From the NCBI GenBank assembly GCA_964584755.1, contig CAZPAV010000009.1:358-64357 (forward strand): a DNA stretch of 64,000 nt, read 5' to 3'. Below the pieces are notes generated by a model. The model searched no databases. It saw only the letters and a list, made by a program, of their open reading frames with translations, and was not told the origin of the DNA. A program made the translations under genes and the position numbers. The stretch is from an uncultured Acidimicrobiaceae bacterium (GTDB taxonomy: Bacteria > Actinomycetota > Acidimicrobiia > Spongiisociales > UBA5794). How positions within the stretch are numbered: the stretch's first letter is position 1; the number at the start of each line of letters is the position of its first letter. Shown in pieces: positions 11,274-20,518 of the stretch.

Positions 11274-12188
11274 TCACCCCGCCGTGAGGAGCCGGATCAC
11301 CACCGGGAGGGTCACGACCGAGGCGAGCGTTCCGGTGAGGACGGTGGTGGTGACGAGGTCGGGGACCAGGTCGTGCTCGAGGGCGATGAGCGCGGTGAAG
11401 ACCGCCGGAGGCATGGCGAGCTGAAGGACGACGACGCCGAAGGGGATCCCGGTGAGTCCGACCACTCCGGCGGTCGCGGCGGCGAGCAGCGGGGCGACGA
11501 GGAGCTTGGCGAGCAACGCCGGTGCCACGCGGAGGTCGGGTCGACGACGGCGCATGCCGGCGAGCTGGATCCCGAGGGTGAGGAGCATCATGGGGATGAG
11601 GGCCGCGGCGACGAGGTCGACGGGACGGGCCAGCCACAGCGGCAGGGTGACGTTCCCGGCGTTGACGACCAGCGCGGGGAGGACCGCCAGGGTCAGGGGC
11701 GCGGTGACGGCGCGCCGCAGCGCCGCGGCGGCGCCGTGTTCGTTCCAGCGGGCCGCCGCCACGCCGACGACGATGCCGGTGAGGTTGACCGAGACGAGGA
11801 CGATCCCGGCGAGGGGGAGGGCGTCCGCGCCGAAGGTGAAGGCCACGATGGCGAGACCGAAGTTGCCCACGTTGCCGTACACCGACGTGCTCAGGGTGGC
11901 GGCGACGACCTGCGGCTCCCGGCCGCTCGCTCGGGCGATGAGCCAACCGACGAGACCGGCGCCGGCGACGGCGAGCAGGGTGGCGAGGACGAGACGTCCC
12001 ACGAGGCCGGCGGCGAGGTCGGCGCGGGCCAGGATGTCGAAGACGAAGACGGGGCCGAGGATCCAGTAGGCGACCCGGGAGAGGGTCCTGGCGTCGAGGT
12101 CGAGCCGGCGACCGGCGACGATGCCGATCCCCACGACGAGGAACACCGGGAGGAGGATGTCGGCGAAGATCCGGAGGAGCGCGGCCAC
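11274..12188 (-). CDS. AEC (auxin efflux carrier) family transporter
   Basis: Many hydrophobic segments, YGNVGNFGL, AALIPMMLLTLG, LAMPPAV. Confidence 0.88.
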   Translation of the reverse strand: MAALLRIFADILLPVFLVVGIGIVAGRRLDLDARTLSRVAYWILGPVFVFDILARADLAAGLVGRLVLATLLAVAGAGLVGWLIARASGREPQVVAATLSTSVYGNVGNFGLAIVAFTFGADALPLAGIVLVSVNLTGIVVGVAAARWNEHGAAAALRRAVTAPLTLAVLPALVVNAGNVTLPLWLARPVDLVAAALIPMMLLTLGIQLAGMRRRRPDLRVAPALLAKLLVAPLLAAATAGVVGLTGIPFGVVVLQLAMPPAVFTALIALEHDLVPDLVTTTVLTGTLASVVTLPVVIRLLTAG

Positions 12189-12221
12189 GGCCGGCGGCAG
12201 GCTAGTGGTCGACCCGCGGGA

Positions 12222-12845
12222 TCAGATCGGTCCCGGGGGCGAGATCCGCCCCTCCGCCTCGAGGCGTCGCCGCTCGACCCGCCACTCGCGTTCGAGGATG
12301 CTCCAGATCGTGTGATCGAGCCACGTCGAGCCGACACGGACCTCGTCGCGCAGGATGCCCTCGTGGAGGAAGCCGAGCTTGCGCGCCACGTGCTCGGAGG
12401 CGACGTTGCCGACGGCGATGCGGAGCACGATCTTGTGCGCGGCGAGCTCCTCGAACCCGATCTCGACGACCCGGGCCGCGGCCTCGGTGGCGATCCCCGC
12501 CCCGGCCGCGTCGGAGCGGACCCAGTACCCGATCTCGGCGACGAGGTTCTGTCGGGAGACCCACCAGATGGAGACGTTCCCGAGGTGCCGGTCGGGATCG
12601 TCGTGGGCGCGGATGGCGAAGTCGAAGGCTCGTCCCTCGGCCCAGGCCGCCGCCGACTCCCGGATGAAGCGCTGCGCCACGCCACGGTCGTACCCGTTCG
12701 CCCAGGGGAGCCACGGCTGGAGGTCGGCGAGGGAGCTGCGCACGGCCTCGTCGAGCGCCGCCGCGTCGCGACGGCGGAACGGCCGGAGGAGGAGTCGCGG
12801 GGTGGCCCGGGGACGGGTGGGGAGGTGACGCGCCATGCCGGTCAT
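12222..12845 (-). CDS. RimJ/RimL-type GNAT N-acetyltransferase
   Basis: TPRLLLRP, LQPWLPW, AEIGYW, GNVASEHVARKLGF. Confidence 0.9.
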   Translation of the reverse strand: MTGMARHLPTRPRATPRLLLRPFRRRDAAALDEAVRSSLADLQPWLPWANGYDRGVAQRFIRESAAAWAEGRAFDFAIRAHDDPDRHLGNVSIWWVSRQNLVAEIGYWVRSDAAGAGIATEAAARVVEIGFEELAAHKIVLRIAVGNVASEHVARKLGFLHEGILRDEVRVGSTWLDHTIWSILEREWRVERRRLEAEGRISPPGPI

Positions 12846-12866
12846 GGTACGGCGTATCATCGGCCG

Positions 12867-13400
12867 GTGGACCCCTGGACCCGTCTCGCCGCCCTCCCGC
12901 CGGTCGTCGACCCCGAGGAGGGGAAGGCCGCGGTCCTCGTTCCCCTGTACGGGGACGGCGCAGGGAGCGTCCGGCTCATCCTCACGAAACGACCCGAGGC
13001 GATGCGGACGCACCCCGGGGACGTCGTGTTCCCCGGCGGCGCCATCGAGGACGGCGAGGGGCCCATCGAGGCCGCGCTCCGGGAGGCGGGCGAGGAGATC
13101 GCCCTCCCGCCCACCGCGGTGGAGGCGATCCTCGGCGGGCTCACCCCGGTGACGACCCGGGAACGCACCCGGCTCATCGTCCCGGTGGTGGCGCGGATCC
13201 GTCGCCCGGCCCGCCTCGTGCCGGATCCCGCCGAGGTGGCGGCCATCATCGAGCCGACCCTCGACGAGCTGCTCGACGAGTCGCGGTGGCGACGATCGAC
13301 GTGGCGGGGCCGGGAGCTGTGGTTCTACGAGTTCGCCGAGGGGACCCTGTGGGGGGCGACGGCGTTCGTCGTGCGCGAGCTGTTGGGGTATCTGCGGTGA
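12867..13400 (+). CDS. NUDIX hydrolase (CoA pyrophosphatase-like)
   Basis: AAVLVPL, HPGDVVFPGG, AALREAGEEIAL, LWGATA; GTG 6 nt after TATCAT (leaderless). Confidence 0.88.
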   Translation: MDPWTRLAALPPVVDPEEGKAAVLVPLYGDGAGSVRLILTKRPEAMRTHPGDVVFPGGAIEDGEGPIEAALREAGEEIALPPTAVEAILGGLTPVTTRERTRLIVPVVARIRRPARLVPDPAEVAAIIEPTLDELLDESRWRRSTWRGRELWFYEFAEGTLWGATAFVVRELLGYLR

Positions 13401-13408
13401 CGCTGGGG

Positions 13409-14794
13409 ATGACCCCCGAGGAGTTCCGACGGCACGGCCACGCGCTCGTGGACTGGGTGGCCCACTACCTCGAGCACGTCGAGGAGGAGCCGATCCTCGC
13501 CCGCGTCCCCCCCGGCGAGATCCGCTCCCGGCTCCCCGCCACCGCCCCCGAGGAGCCGGAGCCGTTCGCCGCGGTCCTGCGCGACCTCGACGAGATCATC
13601 ATGCCGGGCATCAGCCACTGGCAGCACCCGGGGTGGTTCGCGTACTTCCCCGCCAACGCCGCCCCGGCGGCGATCCTCGGGGAGCTCGCCGCGGCGGGCC
13701 TCGGGGTCCAGGGCATGTTGTGGTCGACGAGTCCGGCCTGCACCGAGCTCGAGTCGCACGTGCTCGACTGGCTGGTGGACCTGCTCGGCCTGCCCGGCTC
13801 CTGGAAGACGACCGGCCCCGGCGGCGGCGTCATCCAGATGAGCGCGTCCGACTCGACCCACACCGCCCTCGTCGTGGCCCGGCGCCTCGCCGAGGAGCGG
13901 AGGGAGGGCGCGCCGGTCGTGTACGCCTCGGAGCAGTCCCACTCCTCGGTGGAGAAGGGCGCCCGAGTGGCGGGGTACCGCCACGTGCGGGTGATCCCGG
14001 TCGACGGCTCCTTCGCCCTCCGACCCGACGCGCTCGCCACGGCGGTGACCGCGGACGTGGCCGCGGGGCGGGTCCCGGCCGTGGTGGTGAGCACGGTCGG
14101 CACGACCGGAACCACCGCCGTGGACCCGGTGCGGGCCGTCGGCGAGATCGCCCGGGAGCGGGGGATGTGGCACCACGTGGACGCCGCGTACGCCGGCACC
14201 GCCATGATCTGTCCCGAGTTCCGACACCACCAGGACGGGCTCGAGCTCGTGGACTCCTACGTGTTCAACCCCCACAAGTGGATGGGGGCGAACTTCGACT
14301 GCTCGGTGTTCTACGTCGCCGATCGCCGACCGCTGCTCGAGACGTTGCGCATCCTCCCCCCGTACCTGCGGAACGCGGCGAGCGAGTCGGGGGAGGTGAT
14401 CGACTACCGCGACTGGCACGTCCCCTTGGGGCGGCGGTTCCGGGCCCTGAAGCTGTGGTTCCTCCTGCGCAGCGCGGGAGCTCGAGGCATTCGGGAGATG
14501 GTGCGCGAGCACGTGCGGCTCGCCCGGGAGCTCGCCGGACGTCTCGAGGCCGATCCGCGGTTCGTCCTCGTCGCCCCCGTGCCCTTCGCCCTCGTGACGT
14601 TCCGTCACGTCGGCGGGGACGAGGCGACCGAGCGGCTCGCCGCCGCGCTCAACGCGACCGGTGAGGTGGCGGTCACCCCCTCATACGGCGGGGGTCACGC
14701 CTACATCCGCGTGTCCGTCGGGCAGCTCGGTACGCGACGGCGACACGTGGAGCGGCTCTGGGAGCTCCTCGACGGGCTCGCCCCGGCCGGGTGA
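13409..14794 (+). CDS. PLP-dependent group II decarboxylase (aromatic L-amino acid decarboxylase-like)
   Basis: HWQHP, SPACTELE, HSSVEK, HVDAAYAG, NPHKW, LGRRFRALKLW. Confidence 0.92.
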   Translation: MTPEEFRRHGHALVDWVAHYLEHVEEEPILARVPPGEIRSRLPATAPEEPEPFAAVLRDLDEIIMPGISHWQHPGWFAYFPANAAPAAILGELAAAGLGVQGMLWSTSPACTELESHVLDWLVDLLGLPGSWKTTGPGGGVIQMSASDSTHTALVVARRLAEERREGAPVVYASEQSHSSVEKGARVAGYRHVRVIPVDGSFALRPDALATAVTADVAAGRVPAVVVSTVGTTGTTAVDPVRAVGEIARERGMWHHVDAAYAGTAMICPEFRHHQDGLELVDSYVFNPHKWMGANFDCSVFYVADRRPLLETLRILPPYLRNAASESGEVIDYRDWHVPLGRRFRALKLWFLLRSAGARGIREMVREHVRLARELAGRLEADPRFVLVAPVPFALVTFRHVGGDEATERLAAALNATGEVAVTPSYGGGHAYIRVSVGQLGTRRRHVERLWELLDGLAPAG

Positions 14795-14796
14795 GG

Positions 14797-15438
14797 TCAC
14801 CCGGCCGGGAGGGCGCGCAGGAAGGTGAGGACCGCCCGACGGGTCGCCTCGCGGTAGCGGGGATGGGCCGCCTTCCAGTCCGTCTCCTGGAGCCAGAGGA
14901 GGAACATCCCGTCGATGATGGCCCGCACCACGTCGGCGGTCTCCTCCACGTCCCCGTCCGGGAAGACCCCTCGCGTCATCCCGAGACGGACGACGTCCCC
15001 GTACGTCGAGTTGACGATGGAGCGGAACGTGGCGTTGAGCTCGCCGAAGCGGTCCATCCGGGAGGCGTAGTCGAGGAGATCGAGGTAGAGCAGGTAGAAA
15101 CGACGGTTCGCGTCGGCGTCGAAGAAGATGGCGTCGATCATCGCCTCCACCTGCGCCTCGGGGGAGTCGGCGGTCGCCACCGCCCGGCGGATCCGCTCCG
15201 CGGTGCGCGAGAGCGCCCAGTGCATGGTGGCGAGGATGAAGCGGTCCCGCGTGGCGAAGTGGTAGAGGATGACCCCCTTGCTCACCCCGGCGCGATCGGC
15301 GATCTCCTGCAGGGAGACGCGGTGCACCCCGTCCTCGGTGAACGCCTGGTAGGCGGTGCGGACGAGACGGACCTGCTTGGGCGTCAGCTCACCGGGGCGG
15401 GCGACGTCGGCGTTGGGTTCGGTCGTGGTCGTGGCCAT
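14797..15438 (-). CDS. TetR/AcrR family transcriptional regulator
   Basis: HTH SLQEIADRAGVSKGVILYHF; GGAGG SD before ATG 15438. Confidence 0.92.
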   Translation of the reverse strand: MATTTTEPNADVARPGELTPKQVRLVRTAYQAFTEDGVHRVSLQEIADRAGVSKGVILYHFATRDRFILATMHWALSRTAERIRRAVATADSPEAQVEAMIDAIFFDADANRRFYLLYLDLLDYASRMDRFGELNATFRSIVNSTYGDVVRLGMTRGVFPDGDVEETADVVRAIIDGMFLLWLQETDWKAAHPRYREATRRAVLTFLRALPAG

Positions 15439-15455
15439 GTCGGCCTCCAAGCTAG

Positions 15456-16199
15456 CTAGCCCATCACGAGTCCGCCGCTCACCCCGAGGGTCTGGCCCGT
15501 GATGAAGCTCGCCCGATCCGAGGCGAGGAACACCATGGCCGCGGCGACCTCCTCGGGCGTGCCGAAGCGGCGGATGGGGGTGGCGCGGACGATGGCCTCC
15601 ATGAGCTTGCCGTGCCCGGCGTCGATCATGCCCTGGAGGAGCGGGGTCTCGACGAGTCCGGGGGCGACGACGTTGACCCTGATGCCGTGGCGGGCCACCT
15701 CACGGGCGATGGCCTTGGAGAAGGCGATGACGCCACCCTTCGCCCCGGAGTAGACGGCCTCGCCGGAGGAGCCGTTCCGGCCCGCCTCGGACGCGGTGTT
15801 CACCACGACGCCGCGACCCCGCTCGATCATGTGGGGTAGGACGGCGTGACACGTGGAGAGCACGCCCTTGAGGTTGATGCCGAGCACCCGATCCCAGAAC
15901 TCGGGGGTCGTCTCGAGGAAGGGCTTGATGCGGTCCCATCCGGCGACGTTCACCAGGACGTCGATGCCACCCGTCTCGGCGATCACCTCGCTCACCCCGG
16001 CGGCGACCGCCTCCGGATCGGAGACGTCCATGGGGACGGCGAAGGCGCCGGCGTGGGCGGCCGCCGCCGCGGCGGCCCCCTCGGCGTTGAGGTCGGCGAT
16101 CGCCACCCGGGCCCCTTCGGCGGCGAAGGCGGCCACCGCGGCCCGGCCGATCCCGCTGGCGCCGCCGGTGACGAGCACGACCCGATCTGTGAACTCCAT
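15456..16199 (-). CDS. badH: SDR, BadH-like 2-hydroxycyclohexanecarboxyl-CoA dehydrogenase family
   Basis: TGGASGIG, VNVAGWD..KPFLET, GSSGEAVYSGAKGG, ITGQTLGVSGGL; last enzyme gene of the bcr operon. Confidence 0.75.
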   Translation of the reverse strand: MEFTDRVVLVTGGASGIGRAAVAAFAAEGARVAIADLNAEGAAAAAAAHAGAFAVPMDVSDPEAVAAGVSEVIAETGGIDVLVNVAGWDRIKPFLETTPEFWDRVLGINLKGVLSTCHAVLPHMIERGRGVVVNTASEAGRNGSSGEAVYSGAKGGVIAFSKAIAREVARHGIRVNVVAPGLVETPLLQGMIDAGHGKLMEAIVRATPIRRFGTPEEVAAAMVFLASDRASFITGQTLGVSGGLVMG

Positions 16200-16210
16200 C
16201 GTCGATCCTC

Positions 16211-16972
16211 CTATCGCGCGAGTGCCCCGTCGGGGTCGAGCCGGCGGAGCGTCGTGAGCTCTTCGGTGGTGGGCGGGGGTGTGGTGGGGACGTCCTCCTC
16301 GGCAGGGAGGGGGAAGCCGGTCGCCTCCCGTACCGCGGCCACGGTCACCCCGGGATGGACGCTGCGCAGGCGCATCCGGCGGGTCGCCGGGTCGAAGTCC
16401 ATCGTGGCGAGCGGGGTGACGACGAGGCTCGGTCCCTCCTTGCGGTAGGGCCGGTCCTGGGACGGATCCGCCGGGTGGCCCGGTCCGCTGACGAAGTCGA
16501 CGCGCTCGACGAACGTTCGCGGCGTGTGGGCCTCGGTGTAGATGATGGAACGGCGGGTGTTGGGGAGGAAGGGAAGGCCCACGGTGCCCGGGCCCCGCAG
16601 ACGGGGGTGCGCCCAGTCGCCCACGACGATGAGGTTGCAGTTCCCGTAGGCGTCGATCTGGAGACCCCCGGCGCAGAAGACGTCGAAGGCGTCGCCGCGG
16701 CCCTCGAGGAGCACCACGTCCGGGAGGGGGAGGGTCGTCGCCGCCGGTGCCAGTCCCGGGTCGCAGGAGGAGGTGAGGAGCGTGGGCGGCTCGGGGCTCA
16801 CCGTACCGCTCCCGCCGACGATGAACTCGAGGGAGGGGGCGTGTCGGGCCCGGGCGAGTCGACACGCCGCCATGGGGAGCGCCGGCACCGCGCCCATGAC
16901 GACGACCTCGCCGTCGCGGAACGCCCTCGCCATGACCACGGCCATGAGCTCGGCGGGGGACCAGTCGCTCAC
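16211..16972 (-). CDS. CoA-transferase-fold beta subunit (GctB/IpdB-like)
   Basis: ELMAVVMARAF, GGLQIDAYGNCN, FVERVDFVSGPG, LRSVHPGVT; GTGA overlap. Confidence 0.85.
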   Translation of the reverse strand: MSDWSPAELMAVVMARAFRDGEVVVMGAVPALPMAACRLARARHAPSLEFIVGGSGTVSPEPPTLLTSSCDPGLAPAATTLPLPDVVLLEGRGDAFDVFCAGGLQIDAYGNCNLIVVGDWAHPRLRGPGTVGLPFLPNTRRSIIYTEAHTPRTFVERVDFVSGPGHPADPSQDRPYRKEGPSLVVTPLATMDFDPATRRMRLRSVHPGVTVAAVREATGFPLPAEEDVPTTPPPTTEELTTLRRLDPDGALAR

Positions 16973-17826
16973 CTTCCACCTCCGGGGATCGCGGCACGGT
17001 ACGACGCCTCGTCGCTTCCGACGTGCGCCACGGCCCAGGCGGCGACGTCGTCGACCTGCCGGTGGGCGCCGAGGTAGCGGCGGATCGCCTTCTCGTCCCG
17101 GTCGTACCGGCCCGGGGCCGCGGTGGGATGGCACCCTCCCGGGCTGACCACCACGGCGGAGACGAGGAAGGCGGGGAGGGTCTCCGCGGGGGAGCGATCA
17201 GCGAGGCTCCCGGTGGGGACCACCTCCTCCACCTGGACGACGAGGCGCCGCGCCGCCAGGGCCATGAGCCGGTCGGTGAAGGGGAACCGGTCGAACGCCA
17301 CGTTCCCCGCCTCGTCGGCGAGCGAGCAGGCGACGAACGTCACGTCGGGACGCAGTCCCGGGATGGCCCAGCGCGTCTCGCCCGTGAAGGGGTCGGTCAC
17401 CTCGCGGTAGAGCTCCGGGTCGACCTTCGGGATGTCGGTGAGGTCGATCCCGGGAGGGCACGGCAGGAACGGGATCCCACCCGCTCCCGCGTAGAGGGCG
17501 TGGGTGAGGGACCCCTCGTCGCACTCGAGGACCCGGAGCCGGCCCTGCTCCACCGCCCGGCGGAACGCCGGGGCGAGGCCGAGATGCTCGAACCCGACGT
17601 ACGGGCTGAGGATCTCGGTGACGAGACCCGCGGCGATGGGCAGGTCCGCCTGGAGCGAGGCCGACGGGCTGGTGACGAGCCGGCCGACGCGCGCGCCCTG
17701 CCGGACGAGGGCGCGGACGAGCGCCATGGGCGCCGCCGTCATGTGCATGCCGCCGACGGCGAGCACCGCGTCGGCGGGAACGAGCTCGGCGACGGCGGTG
17801 TCCGGGTCGAGGAAGCGGGTGGTCAC
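16969..17826 (-). CDS. CoA-transferase-fold alpha subunit (GctA/IpdA-like)
   Basis: VGG.H..AAPMALVRAL, ECDEG, GIPFLP, DPFTG, ADEAGN, GGCHP. Confidence 0.85.
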   Translation of the reverse strand: MTTRFLDPDTAVAELVPADAVLAVGGMHMTAAPMALVRALVRQGARVGRLVTSPSASLQADLPIAAGLVTEILSPYVGFEHLGLAPAFRRAVEQGRLRVLECDEGSLTHALYAGAGGIPFLPCPPGIDLTDIPKVDPELYREVTDPFTGETRWAIPGLRPDVTFVACSLADEAGNVAFDRFPFTDRLMALAARRLVVQVEEVVPTGSLADRSPAETLPAFLVSAVVVSPGGCHPTAAPGRYDRDEKAIRRYLGAHRQVDDVAAWAVAHVGSDEASYRAAIPGGGR

Positions 17827-17830
17827 GGGA

Positions 17831-18796
17831 TCAGAGCGCGGCGCCGCAGTTGCCGCAGAAGCTCGTCGCCGCGGGAAGGCCCTTGGCGCCGCACGCGGCG
17901 CAGGTCTTCGCCGGGGGTCCCCAGATGAACTCGGACGAGCCGCCGTCACGCGCCCGCTCCCGGACCCCCCGGTAGTCGGGGGGACGCTTCTCGACGAAGG
18001 CCGTCATGCCCTCCCAGGGCTCGAGGGACGTGTAGTGGAGGGTCAACCAGTCCCGGGCGTGACCGATCGTCATGTGCCAGGCGAAGTCCTTCCAGAAGTT
18101 CGTCTGCTCCTTCGTGTAGCGCATGCACTCGGGGAACTTGTCGATGAGCCGCCGGCAGAGGTCGTCGACCTCGGCGTCGAGCCGGTCCCGGGGAACGACC
18201 CGGTTGACGAGTCCCCACTCGAGGGCCTGCTGGGCGGAGATGGGCTCCGAGAGGAGGAGCATCTCGCGGGCGCGACGGTCCCCCACCATGATGGGGAGGA
18301 ACTGCGTCGCGCCACCGGCGGCCACGCTCCCGACGCGGGTACCGACCTGGCGGATCGTGACGTCGTCCGCGGCGACGGCGAGATCGCAGGCCATGTTGAA
18401 CTCGTTGCCGCCGCCGGCGACGATGCCGTTGAGGCGGGCGATCGTCGGCTTCCCCATGCCGCGCAGCGCGTCGTGGCACGCGGCGAAGAGCGTCATGTAC
18501 TTCCAGTACTCGTGGGGTCGCTGGGTGTACACCGAGGCATACTCCTTGACGTCCCCGCCGGTGCAGAAGGCCTTGTCTCCGGCGCCGGTGAGGACGAGGA
18601 CGGCGACGCCGTCGTCGAACGCGGCGTCGCGGAACGCCTCGAGCATCTCGCCCAGGGTGTTCGTGCTGTAGGCGTTGTAGTTGTGGGGGCGGTTGATCGT
18701 GACCCGGGCGACCCAGTCCTGCTTCTCGTAGATGATGTCCTGGAATCCGAAGCTGTCGGGGTCGCGTCCGGTCAGGACGCTCGACTCGTCGGTCAT
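17831..18796 (-). CDS. oah: Crotonase-family ring-opening hydrolase, Oah/BamA-like, with C-terminal zinc ribbon
   Basis: AFCTGGDVKEYASVYTQRPHEYWKYMTLF and KFPECM resemble 6-oxocyclohex-1-ene-1-carbonyl-CoA hydrolase; tail CAAC...CGNC. Confidence 0.75.
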   Translation of the reverse strand: MTDESSVLTGRDPDSFGFQDIIYEKQDWVARVTINRPHNYNAYSTNTLGEMLEAFRDAAFDDGVAVLVLTGAGDKAFCTGGDVKEYASVYTQRPHEYWKYMTLFAACHDALRGMGKPTIARLNGIVAGGGNEFNMACDLAVAADDVTIRQVGTRVGSVAAGGATQFLPIMVGDRRAREMLLLSEPISAQQALEWGLVNRVVPRDRLDAEVDDLCRRLIDKFPECMRYTKEQTNFWKDFAWHMTIGHARDWLTLHYTSLEPWEGMTAFVEKRPPDYRGVRERARDGGSSEFIWGPPAKTCAACGAKGLPAATSFCGNCGAAL

Positions 18797-18880
18797 TCCT
18801 CCTCCTCGCTCGTTCCGGTCCTCTTCACGAAGCCGTGTCTCCCGGGAACGGGGCGGGTAGGCCCGGTCCGTTCCCGCGCC

Positions 18881-19696
18881 TCACACCGCGGCCGGTTGCT
18901 TGCGGTCCACCTTCTGGAGCCGCAGGTGGGCGAGGAGCGCCGCGCCGTACGCTCCCGCGTAGTTTCCCATGTCGTCGGGGGGGACGAGGAATCCGAACCC
19001 GAGCTTCTCCTCGAGCACCTCGGCGACGAGGGGCACCCGGGTGAGGCCGCCGGTGAGGGCGCACGGCGGCTCGGGCCGAACCCGCTTGACGAGCTGGGCC
19101 GCCCGCCCCGCGAGCGCGGCCACCGCCCCGGCGCAGACGTCCTCGGCGCTCTCGCCGGCGGCGAGATGGTTGATGATCTCCGACTCGGCGAAGACGGCGC
19201 AGACGCTCGAGACGGGCACCGGCTTCTGCGCGGCTCCCGAGAGCTCGGCGATGGCTCCCACCTCGTGACCCATGTACCGGACCGTCTTCTGGAGGAAGGC
19301 GCCGGCGCCGGCGGCGCACTTGTCGTTGAGACGGAAGGCCCGCACCCGGCCGGTCTCGTCGAGCCGGATGGCCTTGACCGTCTGGCCGCCGGCGTCGAGC
19401 ACCGTCCGGACCTCGGGCAGGAGTCGGTGCACCGCGTAGGCGTGACAGGTGAGCTCGGTGACCGCGAGGTCTCGTTCGGGGACGGCGTGCCTCCCGAAGC
19501 CGGTCGTCGCGACGTAGGCGATGGCGGAGCGGTCGAGACCGGCGATCTCGAGGGTCTCGCTCAGGGCCTGCTCGGCGGCGCGGGGGAAGTTGTACCCGGT
19601 GAGTCGGCTCGAGCGGGCGACGATCGTCCCGTCCTCGTCGGCGATGACGGTCTTCGTGTAGCTCGATCCGAGGTCGATCCCTGCCGTGAGTGTCAT
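18881..19696 (-). CDS. bcrD: Class I benzoyl-CoA reductase ATPase subunit (BcrD/BadG-like)
   Basis: AGIDLGSSYTK, ATTGFGR, LNDKCAAGAG, SSVCAVFAESE, AGAYGAAL; ATGA overlap. Confidence 0.8.
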   Translation of the reverse strand: MTLTAGIDLGSSYTKTVIADEDGTIVARSSRLTGYNFPRAAEQALSETLEIAGLDRSAIAYVATTGFGRHAVPERDLAVTELTCHAYAVHRLLPEVRTVLDAGGQTVKAIRLDETGRVRAFRLNDKCAAGAGAFLQKTVRYMGHEVGAIAELSGAAQKPVPVSSVCAVFAESEIINHLAAGESAEDVCAGAVAALAGRAAQLVKRVRPEPPCALTGGLTRVPLVAEVLEEKLGFGFLVPPDDMGNYAGAYGAALLAHLRLQKVDRKQPAAV

Positions 19697-20511
19697 GACG
19701 TCCTTCCCCTCTCTGCCGAGGCACCGGTGAGGACCTGGTCGAGGGCGAACAGGGCCGCTCCGATGGCGCCGCAGTGCTGCGATTCCTCGCTCGTGTTCAC
19801 CGGGGAGTCGGTGAGCTCGGCGATGAGCTCGACCATGGCCGCGTTCCTCGCCACTCCACCGGTGAAGGTGATCTCCGGCTCGATGCCGACCCGCCGCAGC
19901 AGCGAGACGCTGCGGGAGGCGATGGCCCGATGCACGCCGAGGATGACGTCCTCCTGCTTGCGGCCTCGGGCGAGCCAGCCGAGGATCTCGGACTCGGCGA
20001 AGACGGTGCAGGTGGTGCTCATACGCACCGGGTGGGTGGCGGTGAGGGCGAGGGGTCCCAGCTCGTCGAGGGGCACCTCGAGGGCGTCGGAGGCGGCGCC
20101 GAGGAAGCGTCCGGTACCGGCGGCGCACTTGTCGTTCATGCAGAAGTCGACGACGCCGCCGTTCTCGTCGACCTTGATGGCCTTCGTGTCCTGTCCTCCG
20201 ACGTCGAGGACGGTTCGGGTCCCCGGGAAGAGGTACACCGCACCGCGGGCGTGGCAGGAGATCTCGGTGACCTGGGCGTCGCCGAACTCGATCCGGTACC
20301 GGCCGTATCCGGTGCCGACGATGAACCCCACCTCCTCGGTGGTGCGGCCCGCGTCGGCGAGCGCCATCTGGAACGCCCGCTCGCCGGACTCGTCGAGCCG
20401 CACCCCGGTGTCGGTGAGGGCTCGGCCGAGCACCCGCCGACTCCCGTCCATGATCACGGCCTTCGTCTGGGTGGAGCCGACGTCGACGCCGGCGACCAAC
20501 ATCTCGCTCAT
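19693..20511 (-). CDS. bcrA: Class I benzoyl-CoA reductase ATPase subunit (BcrA/BadF-like, short form)
   Basis: GVDVGSTQTK, GTGYGR, EISCHARG, DVGGQDTK, MNDKCAAGTG, TTCTVFAESE, FTGGVARN. Confidence 0.82.
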   Translation of the reverse strand: MSEMLVAGVDVGSTQTKAVIMDGSRRVLGRALTDTGVRLDESGERAFQMALADAGRTTEEVGFIVGTGYGRYRIEFGDAQVTEISCHARGAVYLFPGTRTVLDVGGQDTKAIKVDENGGVVDFCMNDKCAAGTGRFLGAASDALEVPLDELGPLALTATHPVRMSTTCTVFAESEILGWLARGRKQEDVILGVHRAIASRSVSLLRRVGIEPEITFTGGVARNAAMVELIAELTDSPVNTSEESQHCGAIGAALFALDQVLTGASAERGRTS

Positions 20512-20518
20512 GTCGCTC

